DNA of 64,000 nucleotides from Antedon mediterranea (GCF_964355755.1 NC_092676.1:10517888-10581887), one strand, 5' to 3'. Shown: positions 26,136-40,509, numbered from the stretch's first letter. Program-made: numbers and translations. The notes: a model not told the origin generated them from the sequence alone.

Positions 26136-27235
26136 TTAAACCTCTATGTCAACTCGATAAAGTTTGTATTTGTTCTCTTTGGTTATTCCGTTATACCAGA
26201 TACTACAACAGAAACTCATAACTGATTTAATAACAGAATCATAAAATAATTTCATTATAACGGTATTCACCTTAAAACTTTTCAACTTCCTTAGAAAGTA
26301 GATCCTCTTGTTACATTTCAGCGTCACAGCGGCGCTATTGCTACTCCAATTTAATTTATCATCCACTAAGTTACCTAGATATTTATGTTCTTTAACCGTT
26401 TTGACATAGCCCCATTTAACAATAACTGCTCATGATTCTGAATCTTTCTGAAATCTACAATAATTTCCTTTGTTTTTGATGTATTTAACTGAAGGAAATT
26501 ATCTGAGCACCACTTACTAAAAGCATCCACATAAGCCAGATAAGCTGAAGTATCATTATTTCGGATAAGGCCCACAAGACATGTATCATCAGCAAATTTA
26601 ACGTGAAAACATTTCATATTCTCTATGGGCTGTACAAGGTACTAAATCGTTAGCATACAAAGAATATAGCAGCGGTGAGAGTGAACAACCTTGAGGTGCA
26701 CCAGTATTACATAGAAGGGGGGACGATACTTCACCTATAAATTTAACAACTTGAACTCTATCCTTTAAAAAAATCTGCAACCCATAAACTTAAAATAGGG
26801 TTAATATCCATAGCACATAGCTTTAAATGCAGACTTAAAATCTAAAAAAAGAATCCTAGCCTAGCAACCAGATTTGTCCAAATGTTCATGAACTTTATGA
26901 GTAAGAGTACCAATAGCATCATCAACGCATCGATCCTTCCTGTAAGCGAATTGAAAAGTATCTAGCAATTCTGAAGTTGAGTCCGTCAATTTAAACTTAA
27001 TCAGTTTTCCAAACATTTAATGGGTACTGCAGTCAGAGCAACAAGTCTGTAGTCATTCAACACCAGCAGTTTTTTAATCTTTGGAATTGGAATAATGTTC
27101 GAAAGCTTCCATAATTTAGGTACGTTGTGACTGTCAATACACCATTAGTATATATATTTGAAAATACCACTTAACTCCAGATAACAAGATTTAATGATTC
27201 TTCCTGAGATGCCGTCCGGTTCAACTGCTTTAATG
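26136..27235 (-). mobile_element. Rex1/Babar (CR1-group) LINE RT fragment, degenerate
   Basis: QFAYRKDRCVDDA, GAPQGCSLSPLLYSLY, VKFADD, LQLNTSKTKE, DDKLNW, RIYFLRKL. Confidence 0.85.
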
Positions 27236-27239
27236 AAAA

Positions 27240-27442
27240 CCGGGGTAACCCCATACTCGTCTCGAAAGATGTACGAGGTTATTAAAGTGAGCTAGATGTG
27301 TACACTGGACCTACGGTTTATAGTCCTTATCCAAGAATCCAAGAAGACACGTTGTACCACCAGAATCATGACTCGAACCCTTGCCGATGTTATAGCTACG
27401 TAATTACGGGCCCACTGTCTAAACCGCTCGGCCATCTACCAT
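27240..27442 (-). mobile_element. tRNA-headed SINE with Deu/Nin-like core
   Basis: Minus strand: A box TGGCCGAGCGG, B box GGTTCGAGTC, then GGATAAGGACTATAAACCGTAGGTCC...GAGTATGGGGTTACCCCGGT, resembling the DeuSINE domain. Confidence 0.6.
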
Positions 27443-28853
27443 TTTTATTCATCCGTCATATCAAAGATACATATTAATAGATGTTCGTTCTTCAACACAA
27501 CAGACACAGAACATTCATTCTAAACCGCCTAGTGATATTCTGAAATGTCATTAATTCATTTAAAACGATAAGGATGATGAAGAAAAGTCTTCGCAACCGA
27601 GATTAGAAACTGGAACTTTCTGCTTAATATGGAAATGTCCTAACCATTAGACCACTCATGGTGTTGTTCAAACTCGATTGGATACCGACTGTTCAACACT
27701 CTCGGCGTGGTACGGCGGAAATCCCCCAATAGTCTATAGGACCTGGGTCAGATTTGTATGCATTTAATTTAGGAGAGAATATCTCAACTGTTATACGATA
27801 ATTTGACCCCAACAAACAACATGGAATGTGTGCCAAATTCGCTATCCGGGGCGAACATGTCCAAAATCGGGGTAAATGGTTAAAAATTTGAGGTTCTTAT
27901 ATCTTGACAACCACTTGTCGTACAGATTTGCTTTTGGTCTCAAATTGGTCAGAATATACATATTTATATTCGGTATAACACAACTTTTAGCAAAAAAATG
28001 ACGGTAAATGCTTTTACTGACACATTTTCGGGTTAAATCATTTTTTAAAATGCCAATGGACAAACTGTACGATATCAAATGAAAGCATACACAATATGCT
28101 ACCCATTTCTACCCAACTTATATTGAACATTTTTAATTATTAAGCTAATTGTATGGAAAATGTGCATATTTTGATTACTTTTATACAAAAAATGAATATT
28201 TGGTAGCGTAATTGTTATTACTCTAGTCAACTTTCGTATGCACATTGAGGTCCAGATAATTCAGAAATTGGTTTTAGGGTGGTCAAACAATCAATTTTGG
28301 CTTGGCTACACATTTTGAAAATGTGGCGGATTTGCGTATTTTGGCATAATTTGCGTATTTGGGCAAAGCATAGCGCCCTCAATTTGCGTATTTTGGTATG
28401 ATTTGCGTATTTTGGCAAAACATAGCGCCCTCAATTTGCGTATTTTGACAAAATTCTTGCGTATTTTGGCAAGGTTCTCACCAACCCTAATGAAAATGAC
28501 CGAAAATGCCATTTCTGACCTTTGACCCACAACCCATGGCATGTATGTATCTCCATAACTATTGGTCGTAGACACTTAAATTAGGTCTTACATTTTGTTA
28601 TTTGTTACACATTTTGAAAAAGGTCAAAGAGACAGGGTCAAGGGTTATATGAACAAATATAAATAGGTTCTTGTATCTCGGCAACCACTGGTCAACAATT
28701 TTAGTCTCAAAATGTTGAGAAGGCATTTATCTATTTTTAATTAATTAATTGAGAGCGCTTTTTCTATAATATTTTAACATATGCTTTACAAAACCTATCA
28801 AGAATATTCATAACTTTCTTGCTGAAGAGATAATTATCACTTCCCAGAAGATG

Positions 28854-31800
28854 TGTGATGGGTTTGTCACACGTAACTAACCCCTCTAGAGAGAAAGAGG
28901 GGAGATGGATAAAGATGGACGACAACTACAACGTGGTTTGTTATGTTATTATTGTTGGTTTCAGCCTAACGAGCAAGCCCGTAACAAATTGGGGGGTCAT
29001 CCGTGAACAAAGTACGGAATTGGGCGGAATTGTAGTTGTAGACTTATAGATCGAACTGATGGTAATTTTATTCTAAGCTGGTTTTAGGTTTAGAGGCGTT
29101 TTATAGCGAACGAGGTTTGGCGGTCGTCGAGCCAGTATATTGGGTAACGGGACGATTCGGCCCTGAGACGATTCGGCCCGGGACGATTTGGCCCTGAGAC
29201 GATTCGGCCCGGGACTATTCGGCCCAGGACGATTCGGCCCTGAAATTCGGCACACTTAAATTTATCGGCTTTGATATGCATTTTATAAGCATAAAATATT
29301 GCTTTTTTCCCCAAACTTTATTTTCAGAGAAACTATGGGGTAGTACTACTAGGGATAAAGATGCAATAAAGAAACATTTTGAAAACATTGTCGAAAATAA
29401 TCATTTTTTAGTCAAGCGAACGATGTAAACAAGTTACGCCCTCTGTTGACCGCTTGAAAAATGCACGAAATAAACAAGGTTTTCGAAGTAATAAATTGAA
29501 TATAAAATTACGTTTTTAAAGTAATTTATTATATATATTATATCAACATTGTCAATATCAATAAAATACGGATTGTTAAATACCTTTAAAAACTTGATAA
29601 ATACTAAAAAAATGAATATGAATTTGGTCAAAAATGAGACGTTTCGGCCCACAAAGTGGGATGTTCCGGCCCAAAGGTAGGCCGAATCGTTCCACCAAAA
29701 CTGGGCCGAATAGTCTCAGGGCCGAATCGTCCTGGACCCGTACATTGTGTAGTGGTTTTAGGCTTGTGTAGGTGTTTAATTTATATTTGAAGGAAGAAAA
29801 ATAGAAATGGAAAAAGGAAAACATGAATTTGAATTAAGAAAATTAAAATTAGCTAACCACATGGGTCACATCACACGGGTTTCTACACCTAATGATTCAG
29901 AGATTACTCAGAATATTAAATGGGTTCCCAAGTTTAATGAGGATAAAGTAGAGACATATTTTTTAGCTTTTGAGAAAATTGCTAATAGATTAAAGTGGCC
30001 TGCTAGACACTGGACTGTGTTGTTACAAACTGCTTATGTGGGTAAAGCCCAAGAGAAAGCTATGATGCGGTTAAAACTGCTGTTTTGTCAGCTTATGAGT
30101 TAGTTCCAGAGGCGTATCGTCAGAAATTGAGGAACTTAGGTAAACATTATGATAAAACTTTTACGGAATTTGCACGTAAGAAGCAGATTCTTTTTGATAG
30201 ATGGTGTAGTTCGGAAGGAGTAAAGGGTGAATTTGGAAAGCTTCGCGAGCTTATGTTAGTTGAGGAGTTTAAATCTTGTTCCCCTACTGAAGTTTGTACA
30301 CATCTAGAAGAGCAGAAAGTTGATAATTTAATGAAAGCGGCTTCTGTTGCCGATAATTATGTGCTCACGCACAAGGTGGTGGATACTAAATTGGTTTCAA
30401 AATCTGTTGTTGATTCTAAGGTCCAAAGTCAGAAAACTACAGTTAATAGTAATAGTAAATTTGTAAGAACTTGTTTTTATTGCAAGAAAAAGTGTCATAT
30501 AAAGGCAGATTGCTGGCTGTTTAAAAAGGGGATAATAAGAAACCCCAATCACTTCCAAACACGTTGGTTAATACAGTCCCGTTAAAAGTGACAGATAGTC
30601 ATGACGTTGATGAAAGTGATAAGTTGATCCAATCTTCAGATCCGGAAAAAGTGCGAAAGCTATTTAAGCCTTTCCTCTCCACTGGTTCTGTAGCATTGAT
30701 TAACGACGTGAATCTGAGTAAAGTTCGTGTCTTAAGAGACACAGGGGCGTCACAATCCCTGATAATATAATCGGCATTGTCATTTTCAAACGAGTCTTCT
30801 GCTGAAGCAACTGTGCTCATTCAAGGTGTTAATGGGGGTTATAAGGAAGTCCCACTTCGTGTAATTCGAATTGAAACAGATATTGTTAGTGGAGATTTTG
30901 TTGTCGGTGTCGTTCCGAGTCTTCCAGTATGGGGTGTCACACTCCTTTTGAGGAATGATTTGGCCGGAGACAGAGTGACAGTAGAACCGGTTGTGTGCAG
31001 GAGTCCTGTTGAAGACGAAAGCACGGTGTGTTTAGAGAAAAAATTATCACATGTGTTTCTATCATGTGCGGTGACGCGATCTATGGCAAATAAAACCATA
31101 GATGAGGATGAGAGTATTGACTTATGTGATAGTTTTTACGGAGAAATTACAGATCGCGTTTCCTAAGAGGCTGTCTGCTTAGGTCCCGGATCACACACTG
31201 CCCAGGCTGAACAACAGCACCCAAAAGTGTGTGATTTCGGTCCGACAGTTCTCAATCGGTCTAGGTTAGTGGAAGAGCAGAGTAAAGATCTTGATTTGTT
31301 GTCATTTGGTCAGCAAGCTCTTTCTGTAGAGGAAATGTCTATTGTTCCTGTTTGTTATTATATAAAGGATGGCATACTTATGCGTAAGTGGAGGCCACCA
31401 GATATTCCAAGTAGGGATGTTTGGAATGAGATTCACCAGATAGTTATTCCTAGTGGATACCGTCAGGATATTATTGGTATTGCGCATGATGATCCTCTTT
31501 CAGGTCATTTAGGTGTCAATAAAACGGTACACAAAATTCTCAGGCATTTCTTTTGGCCAGGTTTTAGAAAAGATGTGTCTAAATTTGGTAAATCCTGTCA
31601 TGCGTGTCAGGTAGTGGGGAAGCCTAATCAAAAGGTTCCAGTAGCCCTACTTAAGCCTATTCCTGCATTCGGTGAACCATTTTCAAGGGTTATTGTTGAT
31701 TTGTGTGGGACCATTACCACGTACTAAAAATGGAAATGAATATCTATTAACTATAATGTGTGAATCAAGTAGGTTTCCAGAAGCGATTCCTCTTAGGCGA

Positions 31801-33641
31801 AGAACGTTGTTAAAGCATTGGTAAAGTTCTTTACATGGGCAGGATTGCCTAAAGCTGTTCAGTCCAACCAAGGATCAAACTTCATGTCAAAGCTATTTAA
31901 ACAAGTCTTAGAGCAGTTAGGTGTTGCCCATATAAGTTCAAGTGCTCACCATCCAAAGTCTCACGGGACACATGGAAGATTTCATCAAACACTTAAGAAT
32001 ATGCTTAAAACCTACTGTTTTCAATGTGAAAAGGAATGGGATATTCCCTTATTGCTATTCGCTGTTCGTGAAACAGTCCTTAGGGTTTAGCCCATTTGAG
32101 TTGGTGTATGGTCATTCGGTCCAAGGCACTCTTAAAATAGTCAAAGAAATGCTGTTAGGGAATGCAGAAGAGTCTGTATCGATACTAGATTATATGTTTG
32201 AATTTCGTGATCATTTAAATCGTGCTCGTGAGATGGCTAGAAAGAATCGTGTGAAAGGGTAAAATAAAGAGATTGTTTGATAGGAAATCAGAAAAGAGAA
32301 ACTTTAGTTCAGGTGATGAAGTGTTAGTTATGTTGCCTCTTCCCAGTCAACCATTATCTGCAAGATTTGCTGGTCCTTACAAAGTATTAGAAAGAGTAGG
32401 AGAAGTTGACTATGTGTTAGATACTCCAGGTAGACGTAAGAAGAAGCGACTGTGTCATATAAACATGTTGAAACCATACACGGCGAGAAAAAAATAGTGA
32501 TAGTTGTACGTCAACACCAGTTACGTGTGTTGTTGAAGAGAGAGTTTGGGGATCCTGATACATTTGTTAAGTTCAGTAATTCAGATTTCCTTGCAAACAT
32601 TGAAGGAAAAGTTGGTCATTTATCTCGTGATCGTAAGGTTGAAATTGTTAGTTTGATATTTGGAAATCTGCAGTTGTTTTCGGATGTTCCAGGTCAAACG
32701 AACTTAGTGGAGCATGACGTTAAGAAAGCTGATTGTTCAACAAAAAAAAAATACAAATAGAGCAAATCCGTTCAAGATGAAGATACTACAAAATAAGATT
32801 GATTACATGATTAAGAATGATATCATCGACGAGCCTAGCTAGTTGCAGTGCTTGGAGTTCTCCATGTATATTAGTTCCGAAGCCAGATAAATCGTATCGT
32901 TTTTGTATTGATTATCGGAAGGTTATTGCCAAATTTACTACAGATTCATATCCCATACGGAGGATAGACGACTGTATTGATCATGTGGGTAGTGCTAAGT
33001 TTGTCAGTAAATTTGATCTTCTAAAGGGTTACTGGCAAATTCCTAACAGAGCGTGCAAAAGAAGTGTCAGCTCGTAACTCCCATTGGTCTTTATCAGTAT
33101 AAGGTCATGCCTTTCAGTTTAAAAAACACGCCAGCCACGTTCCAGAGATTGGTTAATGGTATAATTTGAGGGTTGGAGGTCTGTGAAGCTTATGTAGACG
33201 ATTTGGTTGTTTATAGTGATACATGGGATGTCCATGTGCAGAGAATTAATTTAGATAAAACATGAAATGATTCTTAAAAGTTTGTTGATTTTAAAAGTGT
33301 TTATTTAATTATAATTTGTTAGTTGTGATAGAGTGATGCATTAATGGCATACATGGATTTAAAGTCATTAGAACTTGTAAAATGTTAAAGAAGCAGTTGC
33401 AGTAAAATCATATCAACGACCTGTTAAAGTAACTATAAGAAAAGATTTTAGATGTTGTAGTAAACAGTTATAAGTTTAATCAAATCAAAATTTTGTTAAG
33501 TGGGGGTGTGTGATGGGTTTGTCACACAGAAGTGAGCCCTCTAGAGAGAAAGAGGGGAGATGAATAAAGATGGACGACAACTACAACGAGTTTTGTTATG
33601 TTATTATTGTTGGTTTCAGCCTAACGAGCGAGCCCGTAACA
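28854..33641 (+). mobile_element. Decayed Gmr1-like Gypsy LTR retrotransposon (gag-PR-IN-RT order, RNase H deleted)
   Basis: 133-bp LTRs at 28854-28986 and 33509-33641 (about 9 mismatches). TSD GATG. tRNA-Pro-like PBS TGGGGGGTCATCC. Fragments: gag with CFYCKKKCHIKADC, LRDTGASQS protease, HDDPLSGHLG integrase, then SPCILVPKPD and YVDD RT. Many stops and frameshifts. Confidence 0.92.
29143..29739. mobile_element. MULE-like MITE inserted in the Gmr1 leader
   Basis: GACGATTCGGCCC repeats on the left, inverted on the right; GG..CC ends; flanks GTATATTG / GTACATTG. Confidence 0.65.
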
Positions 33642-33655
33642 GATGTAATTTAACG

Positions 33656-34010
33656 TCAGTGTTCCCAAATGTTATTATAACCAAATGATTTCAGTTGTAA
33701 CTTTAACCTTGTATTTTCATCGGTCCTTATCTCATTGAACACAAGACATTCAAATAAAAAGTGTCTGATATTTTCTTTACAATTATCACTACAAAGTTTA
33801 CACAAACCATTACATTCTGGTGCCCAGTCACATATTCTACCTTCAAAGTGGAGAGTATTTGATCGTAATTTAAACTTAAGATTTAACCCCTCAAAGTCTG
33901 TATTATCTAACAAGTAATTCTCAAGATTAAAAATTGTTTTTAATGTAATATAATCACTAAGTTAAGTGAAGACTTACTGGTTACTTCTTCAATCCAATTT
34001 TGAATTAAAA
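33656..34010 (-). mobile_element. LINE ORF2 C-terminal zinc-finger fragment
   Basis: KFKLRSNTL..CKLC..ENIRHFLFEC. Confidence 0.6.
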
Positions 34011-34929
34011 CTTCACTAATAAAATACCTGAGTTTCTCTCTTTTTGTTATTACAAATCTGTCAATCGACGTACGAATCGTAATTTGTCAATATCGTGTGA
34101 CCATTAATCGATTGAAGTAATTTAGTGTTGCTATTACTGTAACCTGCTGAGATATGTTTTTTACCTAAGCCATATGTAATTACATCTTAAATTATATAAA
34201 TCCACTAATCATTTTATATTTGGTAAATTTTAATAGTGTCTTGGAAACCAATGGAAACTGGGAGAAACCATGACATTTCACTTAAAAAGAGCAAAAACAA
34301 CAGTTTTGATAAATTCCCTGTTATTTTTTCTAGAAAAAAGCAATGGATTTGATAATGCATGCCATTTTTATCAGTTATTAAGCATATTAAGCAATAACAA
34401 TTTCAATTATTGCTTTATTTTGAGGTTAAAAGTTACCAAATACAGGCAAAAAAATGGTAAAATAAAACCATTAAATAGTTTAGATTCACGACGATTCACG
34501 CGCTAATTTTGACATTAAAATTTCGAGCAAAGTTTAAACTTTACGGTAACGGGTAATGCCAAATTTGGCTCCGACAATCCACGACCATTCATATAGCAAG
34601 CGATTTAAATTTCCATATGCATTCGATGTTCGTAATAAAGCAGCTGAATGGACAGATTCACAAAGTTGTATATTTCATATATGGAGGCCATGTTAACTGT
34701 AGCTTAATGAATGAAAGATTAATCTCATGTGGTTGTAGCATCCCCTTTTCCAATAGGCCTACAGATGCGTTGGAAAGTCCTTCGTCGATCAGGTTCGTGG
34801 TACATCAATTTGAGCAAACAAACATAACCGTGCCTATATGTATTATACATTTATCTTAAAACGACTCATTTAGAAAACATTTTACATCTCTGTGAAAGAA
34901 GATTTTTATCTTTCTTTTGAAGAAGGTCA

Positions 34930-36221
34930 GGCCAAAAAAAAAAAATAGTTTGTTTGCTGTCATCCGCCGCCCCTAATTTCGCCAAAAATTTGGGGCGGAA
35001 ATAAGAAAAAGTTTTTTTTTACGTTGAGGGCGCTTTAAAAAAAAAAGTTTTTTTAATGTTTTTTTTGGCCGAAAAGGTGTAAAAATCGAGTGTGCGAGGA
35101 TGAAACAATAAAAATAATAACGTAGCGTATATTTCGGTGTATAATCGCACTTTTGACACGCAAATTTAACCTCTAAATTAAGGGTGCGTCTTATACACCG
35201 AACATAAATGCCTCAACACACAGATATCGCCACCTCGTTGGCTAGGCCTGGGCTTTTTAAGGTAAGGCCTAGGCTAGGCCTATTTTAGTATTACTAAAGT
35301 CTAAAGAGTAGGCCTAGCCTAGCTACAGTGTACTAGCGTAACAGCAACCTGCTAGTTTTCAAGGCATTTTAGCGTGATTTTGTACTAAATATGATGAAAA
35401 GATTTGTTCATTATGGAGCTGTTTTAGGCGCTCCGATAAAATTTCATTTTAAAACGACGTTTACGATTGGAATAGTATTATAGTTATACGCACGACCGTC
35501 GTACCCCCAGCGCGAGCGAGCCCGATCTTGGCAACCACATTGTGTACACAGTATTCGACTACTATATTCGCCAGTTGATTATAGCATAGACCTAGCGTAC
35601 ACACTTCTAGGATACATAGATACTAATCGAATACGATTGTCCGTGAAAACGTGCGCCTCTCGATAAAAGGATCGAGCGAGGCTAGCCCACACACACGTGC
35701 GGTCATGCACTCGATGTTGCGGGTGCGAAACTCATTCATAACAAGTTAGAAAGAACTGACGGAATGGGGGACTTCCCTTCTTGTTGAGGCTGGGCGCGGC
35801 CGTCTTATACATCGACGATATACAAAATACCGATATTTTACTCTCACGTTAGGGGTGGGGTGCGTCTTATTATACACAGGTGCGACTTATACACTGAAAT
35901 ATACGGTACACTAACTTCTAAAAATTAAAATATTTAATTAGGCCTGCTAACAACGACCTACTGTGTAGTAGTAGGCATAGCCTAGGCTAGTTTAGACACA
36001 GGGCCTAACGCGCCCAAAACAGAATTAAAGTGTGAAACAAATTATGAATAGATGTTTGAGCTCGTTGTGTTATTCAGTGTGTTTTGTTACTCTCAAATTC
36101 GCGAGCAATTAACAGAGAAATTAACATTAAAAAAAAAAAAAAAAAAAACTTTTTTCCACCCGCCCCCCCCTACCAAAAAAAAAAAACTTGACAGCAAACA
36201 AACTATTTTTTTTTTTAGGCC
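34930..36221. mobile_element. Zator/Harbinger-type MITE
   Basis: TIR GGCC(A)nTAGTTTGTTTGCTGTCA; 3-bp TSD TCA. Confidence 0.7.
35125..35906. mobile_element. Tigger/pogo-like (Tc1-mariner) MITE nested in the previous element
   Basis: TIR about CCGTATATTTCRGTGTATAAGTCGCAC; TA TSD. Confidence 0.75.
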
Positions 36222-36443
36222 TCATATATATGGCTGCAGTCGCGTGCTCAAGTTAATGTTTACAACCGACCAACCGATCGACATAGTGAGCTGTAAAAAT
36301 GATTGTAATAAAAACGTTAGCAATATCTAACCTGATATATAATGGACGTACCGAAATAGATAAAAGATTTCACTTGTTACTGTTTTTCTACGGATATCAA
36401 TCCTTCACATTTCACATAATTGTCATAAGAAAGTGTATTTAGG

Positions 36444-36645
36444 GTGGTTTTGATCAAAGCTACGAAAGAAAAATTGATTAAAAATCTATCTAACAGACTT
36501 CTATCCAATGTTGAAAAGAACTTTCTTGCGGAAGGTCTGAACAACTACGCCATCTCACCTGGAATAACAGTTACTGAATCAGCCATAAAGCACAACCGCA
36601 TTGGGAATGCGTTAGCCGATGAATTAAGAACCAAAGTAACAACAT
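36444..36645 (+). mobile_element. Penelope-like element N-terminal fragment
   Basis: IKNLSNRLLSNVEKNFLAEGLNNYAISP...ESAI. Confidence 0.55.
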
Positions 36646-37165
36646 TTTTTATTTCAACAATATTTCAATCATTAGGGACCCTCACTACAATACAGGACAA
36701 AAACCTGAAAAAAAAATAAAATTTGACAAAAAATGATTATAAATAAAATGTATACATTATTTAACAATTAAAGAGAAGAGGAGCTTATCATTTTATGCTT
36801 TTCAGTCCTTGTTAATAATTGTTTATAGTATTTCCTGTAACCCTTCTGTGTTTTTTACTTTGTTAATTTTACTCATTGTTCTTGATTACTTTTTTTTTAA
36901 AAGTTATATAGTAAACGTCTCTTAATTCGCATAAATAATTAACTAAACAAAAATAATGAATAAATAAAATAAATCTTAAAAACAGAAAATAATCTATAAC
37001 AAAAAGAAGAATTAAAAAAATATATATATAAATAAAATAAAATGGCCATCAAAGAGAAAAGACAGGAAGCAATTAAACAATAATGAGATGGTTCTTGAGG
37101 ACACATTTGAAGGAAGAGTGAAATGAAGAAGGTCGCATGTCGAAAAGAAGATAATTTAGTTTAAT

Positions 37166-37181
37166 CAGGGAGAACTCCCTG
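37166..37181. mobile_element. 16-bp palindrome with 7-bp direct flanking repeat (footprint-like)
   Basis: GTTTAAT-CAGGGAGAACTCCCTG-GTTTAAT. Confidence 0.6.
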
Positions 37182-38447
37182 GTTTAATAAAGTATAAAGC
37201 AAGCAGATTGCGTGGCTTCCTAACCTAACCCTTAACCTAGCATATGATACAGGCACCAAATGTGATAAAAATTAGTTGCTGTATTACCAAATATTACTAT
37301 GATACTTCGGAAATAGATAGTATGTGGAGATACAGCACTGGGAATCGATATTTTGAAAGTAAGGTTCCTGGGACACATCTTATTTTATATAATTATTATC
37401 TATTGAAGACTTATTTGAATTACATAAACTTTTATTATTATTGAAAGGTTACTCTCCTCATTCTTTCAATGAGTATATTCAAATTTGTGAAAGATGTCCG
37501 GGTAGGTTTTAACGTTAGAATTCAAAAGGCAATAGTCATCATAATTCTGTATTTGTTTCCTTTCCTAGGAGCAAAATACCAAATGACATAAAAGTTTCAA
37601 AAACAATTTCAATATTTAAGAATGCTCTAACAAAACACTCTATTTCATGTTATGTATAGTTTTGTATGTATTACAATTGTTTAATTTTCTTGTATAAGGT
37701 TTTATTTTACCTGTTTGTATTGTATGGATTGAGTGCAGAATCTGAAATACAAGAAAGTGAATTTATTTTCGAAAGACTTCAAACTCGAATTGAAGAAATA
37801 TGGAAATATCTTTTGGTGCAAAGATAGTATTTATTATCATTTATATTATATTTCTAAAAATTAACGTAATTAATTTCTTTATTTTACAAAGGAAAACGTA
37901 TTTATAACGTAGATGGAGGAACATAGTATTTTAAAAACAATTCTTAATTGAGCTAAATTGTATTAAATAAATATTATGACATGTGGTGAATATTAACCAG
38001 AAGGTCAAAGTGTGGATTTCCTAATACACATCCTAATTTTCAGTATGTCACCAGGCGGCTTATTATAATTTCTTCTATGCCTATAAATTCATAAATTTGC
38101 AAGCATAGATAACCTCTATACCGGCCGGCCGGTGATATACTGTAAGTTGATTAATTTAAATTTAAACTTTAAAAATGAAGACATCTGAAGAATAATAAAA
38201 CGCCGCGCCAACTAAGATTCGAATGAATATTCAATAATTAATGTTATACGCATATGCATGTGCCTGCGCATTTATGTATTTTGGTGACATCTGTGCGCGT
38301 GAGTTTCTATTACATGTAGATCTATCGCGTGATAACAAACATAATGTACCGCAGAAAGTCGTCCCTACCGAAATTCGAACACGAAACCTTCTGCTTAATA
38401 TGCAGATGTCCTAGGCATTAGACCACTGGGGCTTTTATGGTATTGTT

Positions 38448-40254
38448 CACTGTAAAAAATATTCGAATTTTACACCATATTATCGAGTAAATTTGTTTCC
38501 TCCTTGGAGAAAACTCTCCTTAAAGTTTTTAAGATTGCAAGTACCCCAACACTGGGAAAGTCCGACGGTTACACTACGAAAGGGGTAAACTTACTCCGGA
38601 AAAGTTTTCCACAAATGAGCGTGAAATGTATTACACTGGATTCACAAGAAGTGTGGAAAGCATGCGAAATGATGACTGTCGCGTGGAACAAGTCCATTAT
38701 TTTAAATAATTATTTTTATTTTGCATATAAGACCTATTTTTGTATCAGAAAAGCCTACTATATACAGCTAAAGTAGATGTTATCAGCCATGGGCTAAAAT
38801 ATGAAAACAATTAGGTAAGCTTAAAAGTAGGCCCTAGTTAAGTTTAGCCTAACTGGTGGGGTCTGCTCTGTAGGCGCACAGTGCACGAGGGTATTGTGAA
38901 GTGTAATCAGCCTAGTAGGCTTGGTCTAGGCCTGATGACTTTTACATTGCTTAGCCTAGATTTCCGTATGAATACATTGTTTTTATTGTTATTTATTATT
39001 ATCAGTTTCAGTTTCAGTTTCAGTTTATTTTCCATTTCAATTTCTGAACATAAGATAAACAACTTATATGGATGGATACCCGTAAGAGCGAAGCTCGTTT
39101 GCCGGTCACCCATTAGTGCAGTGACATTACAGACAACATAAAGACAAGACAAAGGTGCAATACATAACAAGACATTGTGAACACTTGTGTTTGCAACCTC
39201 TTGGATAAAATAATATATTTATATAAAGGAGAAAATTAGATATGATATTTCTTTTTGATCATACATTGATAATTTTTAAATTACTTCTTAAGAAGTTTAA
39301 CATGAAGATTACATATAGTTATTTTTATTTTTACTAGTACATGGTAATAAAATCTGAATATCATCTTTTAGATAAAAAATGTAATAGATTTACATACACA
39401 CACATATATACTGTATGTATATATACATATTGATTAAGTAAACTTAAATAATGTTACTCTACTAATTAAATAGTATAACATAATATTACTGATACGTTGA
39501 TAATAAACTGTAAATATATTTCTTCTTAAATAAACTTAAGGTACATTGGTTCTTAATAAAATTGCTTATATCATTCCACAATATAGGTCCTTGCCATTAT
39601 TGTATGCCTAAATGTAGCCGACATGATCTAGCCCAGTTAAATTGTTAGTTGATTATCTTTGATTTAATTGTATTTTGCAGGTGACGGTTGAAGTCATTTA
39701 ATTGAAGATTTTTTTTAAAGGCCAGCTCACTTTACTGAAGACCAAGTTAATTTCTGTGTTTTTTGCAAGTAGGCCTAATATATTTTCATTAACAATAAAC
39801 TATTTTCAGAATATTTTTTTAAAAATAGAATAGTACATGGTATGTCTATTGAATTATAAACAAAACGAAAATAATAAATATTATTGTTTGAATTGAGTTC
39901 ATCTCTGTAAATTTATTTTTTATTTTGATCAATAAAAAATCATGTGATTTCTTAAATATATTTTTCTATCTTGTTTCTGTTTTTGAGGAAAACCTACTTA
40001 AATCGACATTTTGGTGCAACAAGATTACCCAAATAGTTGGTTGATACTTTGCTGCCACCAAAAACTGGTGTAAAAAACGATTTCATTACAAGTTGGCTAT
40101 TGTAACCCGAAATACCCGGGTAAACTTATTTTTCCCTGACCAAGGAAAATCCAATTTCCCAAAAAGGGAAAATCAGTATTTACTCCACTAATTGGTGGAA
40201 GCCTGATGGCACCCACTTTATGGGGGTAAATTAAGCATATATTTTTTTACAGTG
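38448..40254. mobile_element. Non-autonomous EnSpm/CMC-type element
   Basis: CACTGTAAAAAA termini; 2-bp TSD TT; splits a copy of the tRNA-module repeat. Confidence 0.75.
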
Positions 40255-40509
40255 TTCAAACGGCGGAACAGTACTAATCCCTTAATTGTACGCATGCAAA
40301 GAAGGCATAGGTTGGTGAATAGAGGTTGGAGAGAGTAAGAGAAGGAAGAAGATAGCTCCGTAGATACAAACAATTTTGGAATGGAACTAAAAAAAAACCA
40401 AATCAAGGTGGTTAATTTTAAAACTTAAATTTAGGTAGTCAATGAAATAATTTTACCGATCTGGGAGTATGTTCCTTAATGTTAAGTCCAAAAGGTTTTA
40501 TCGTAAAAT

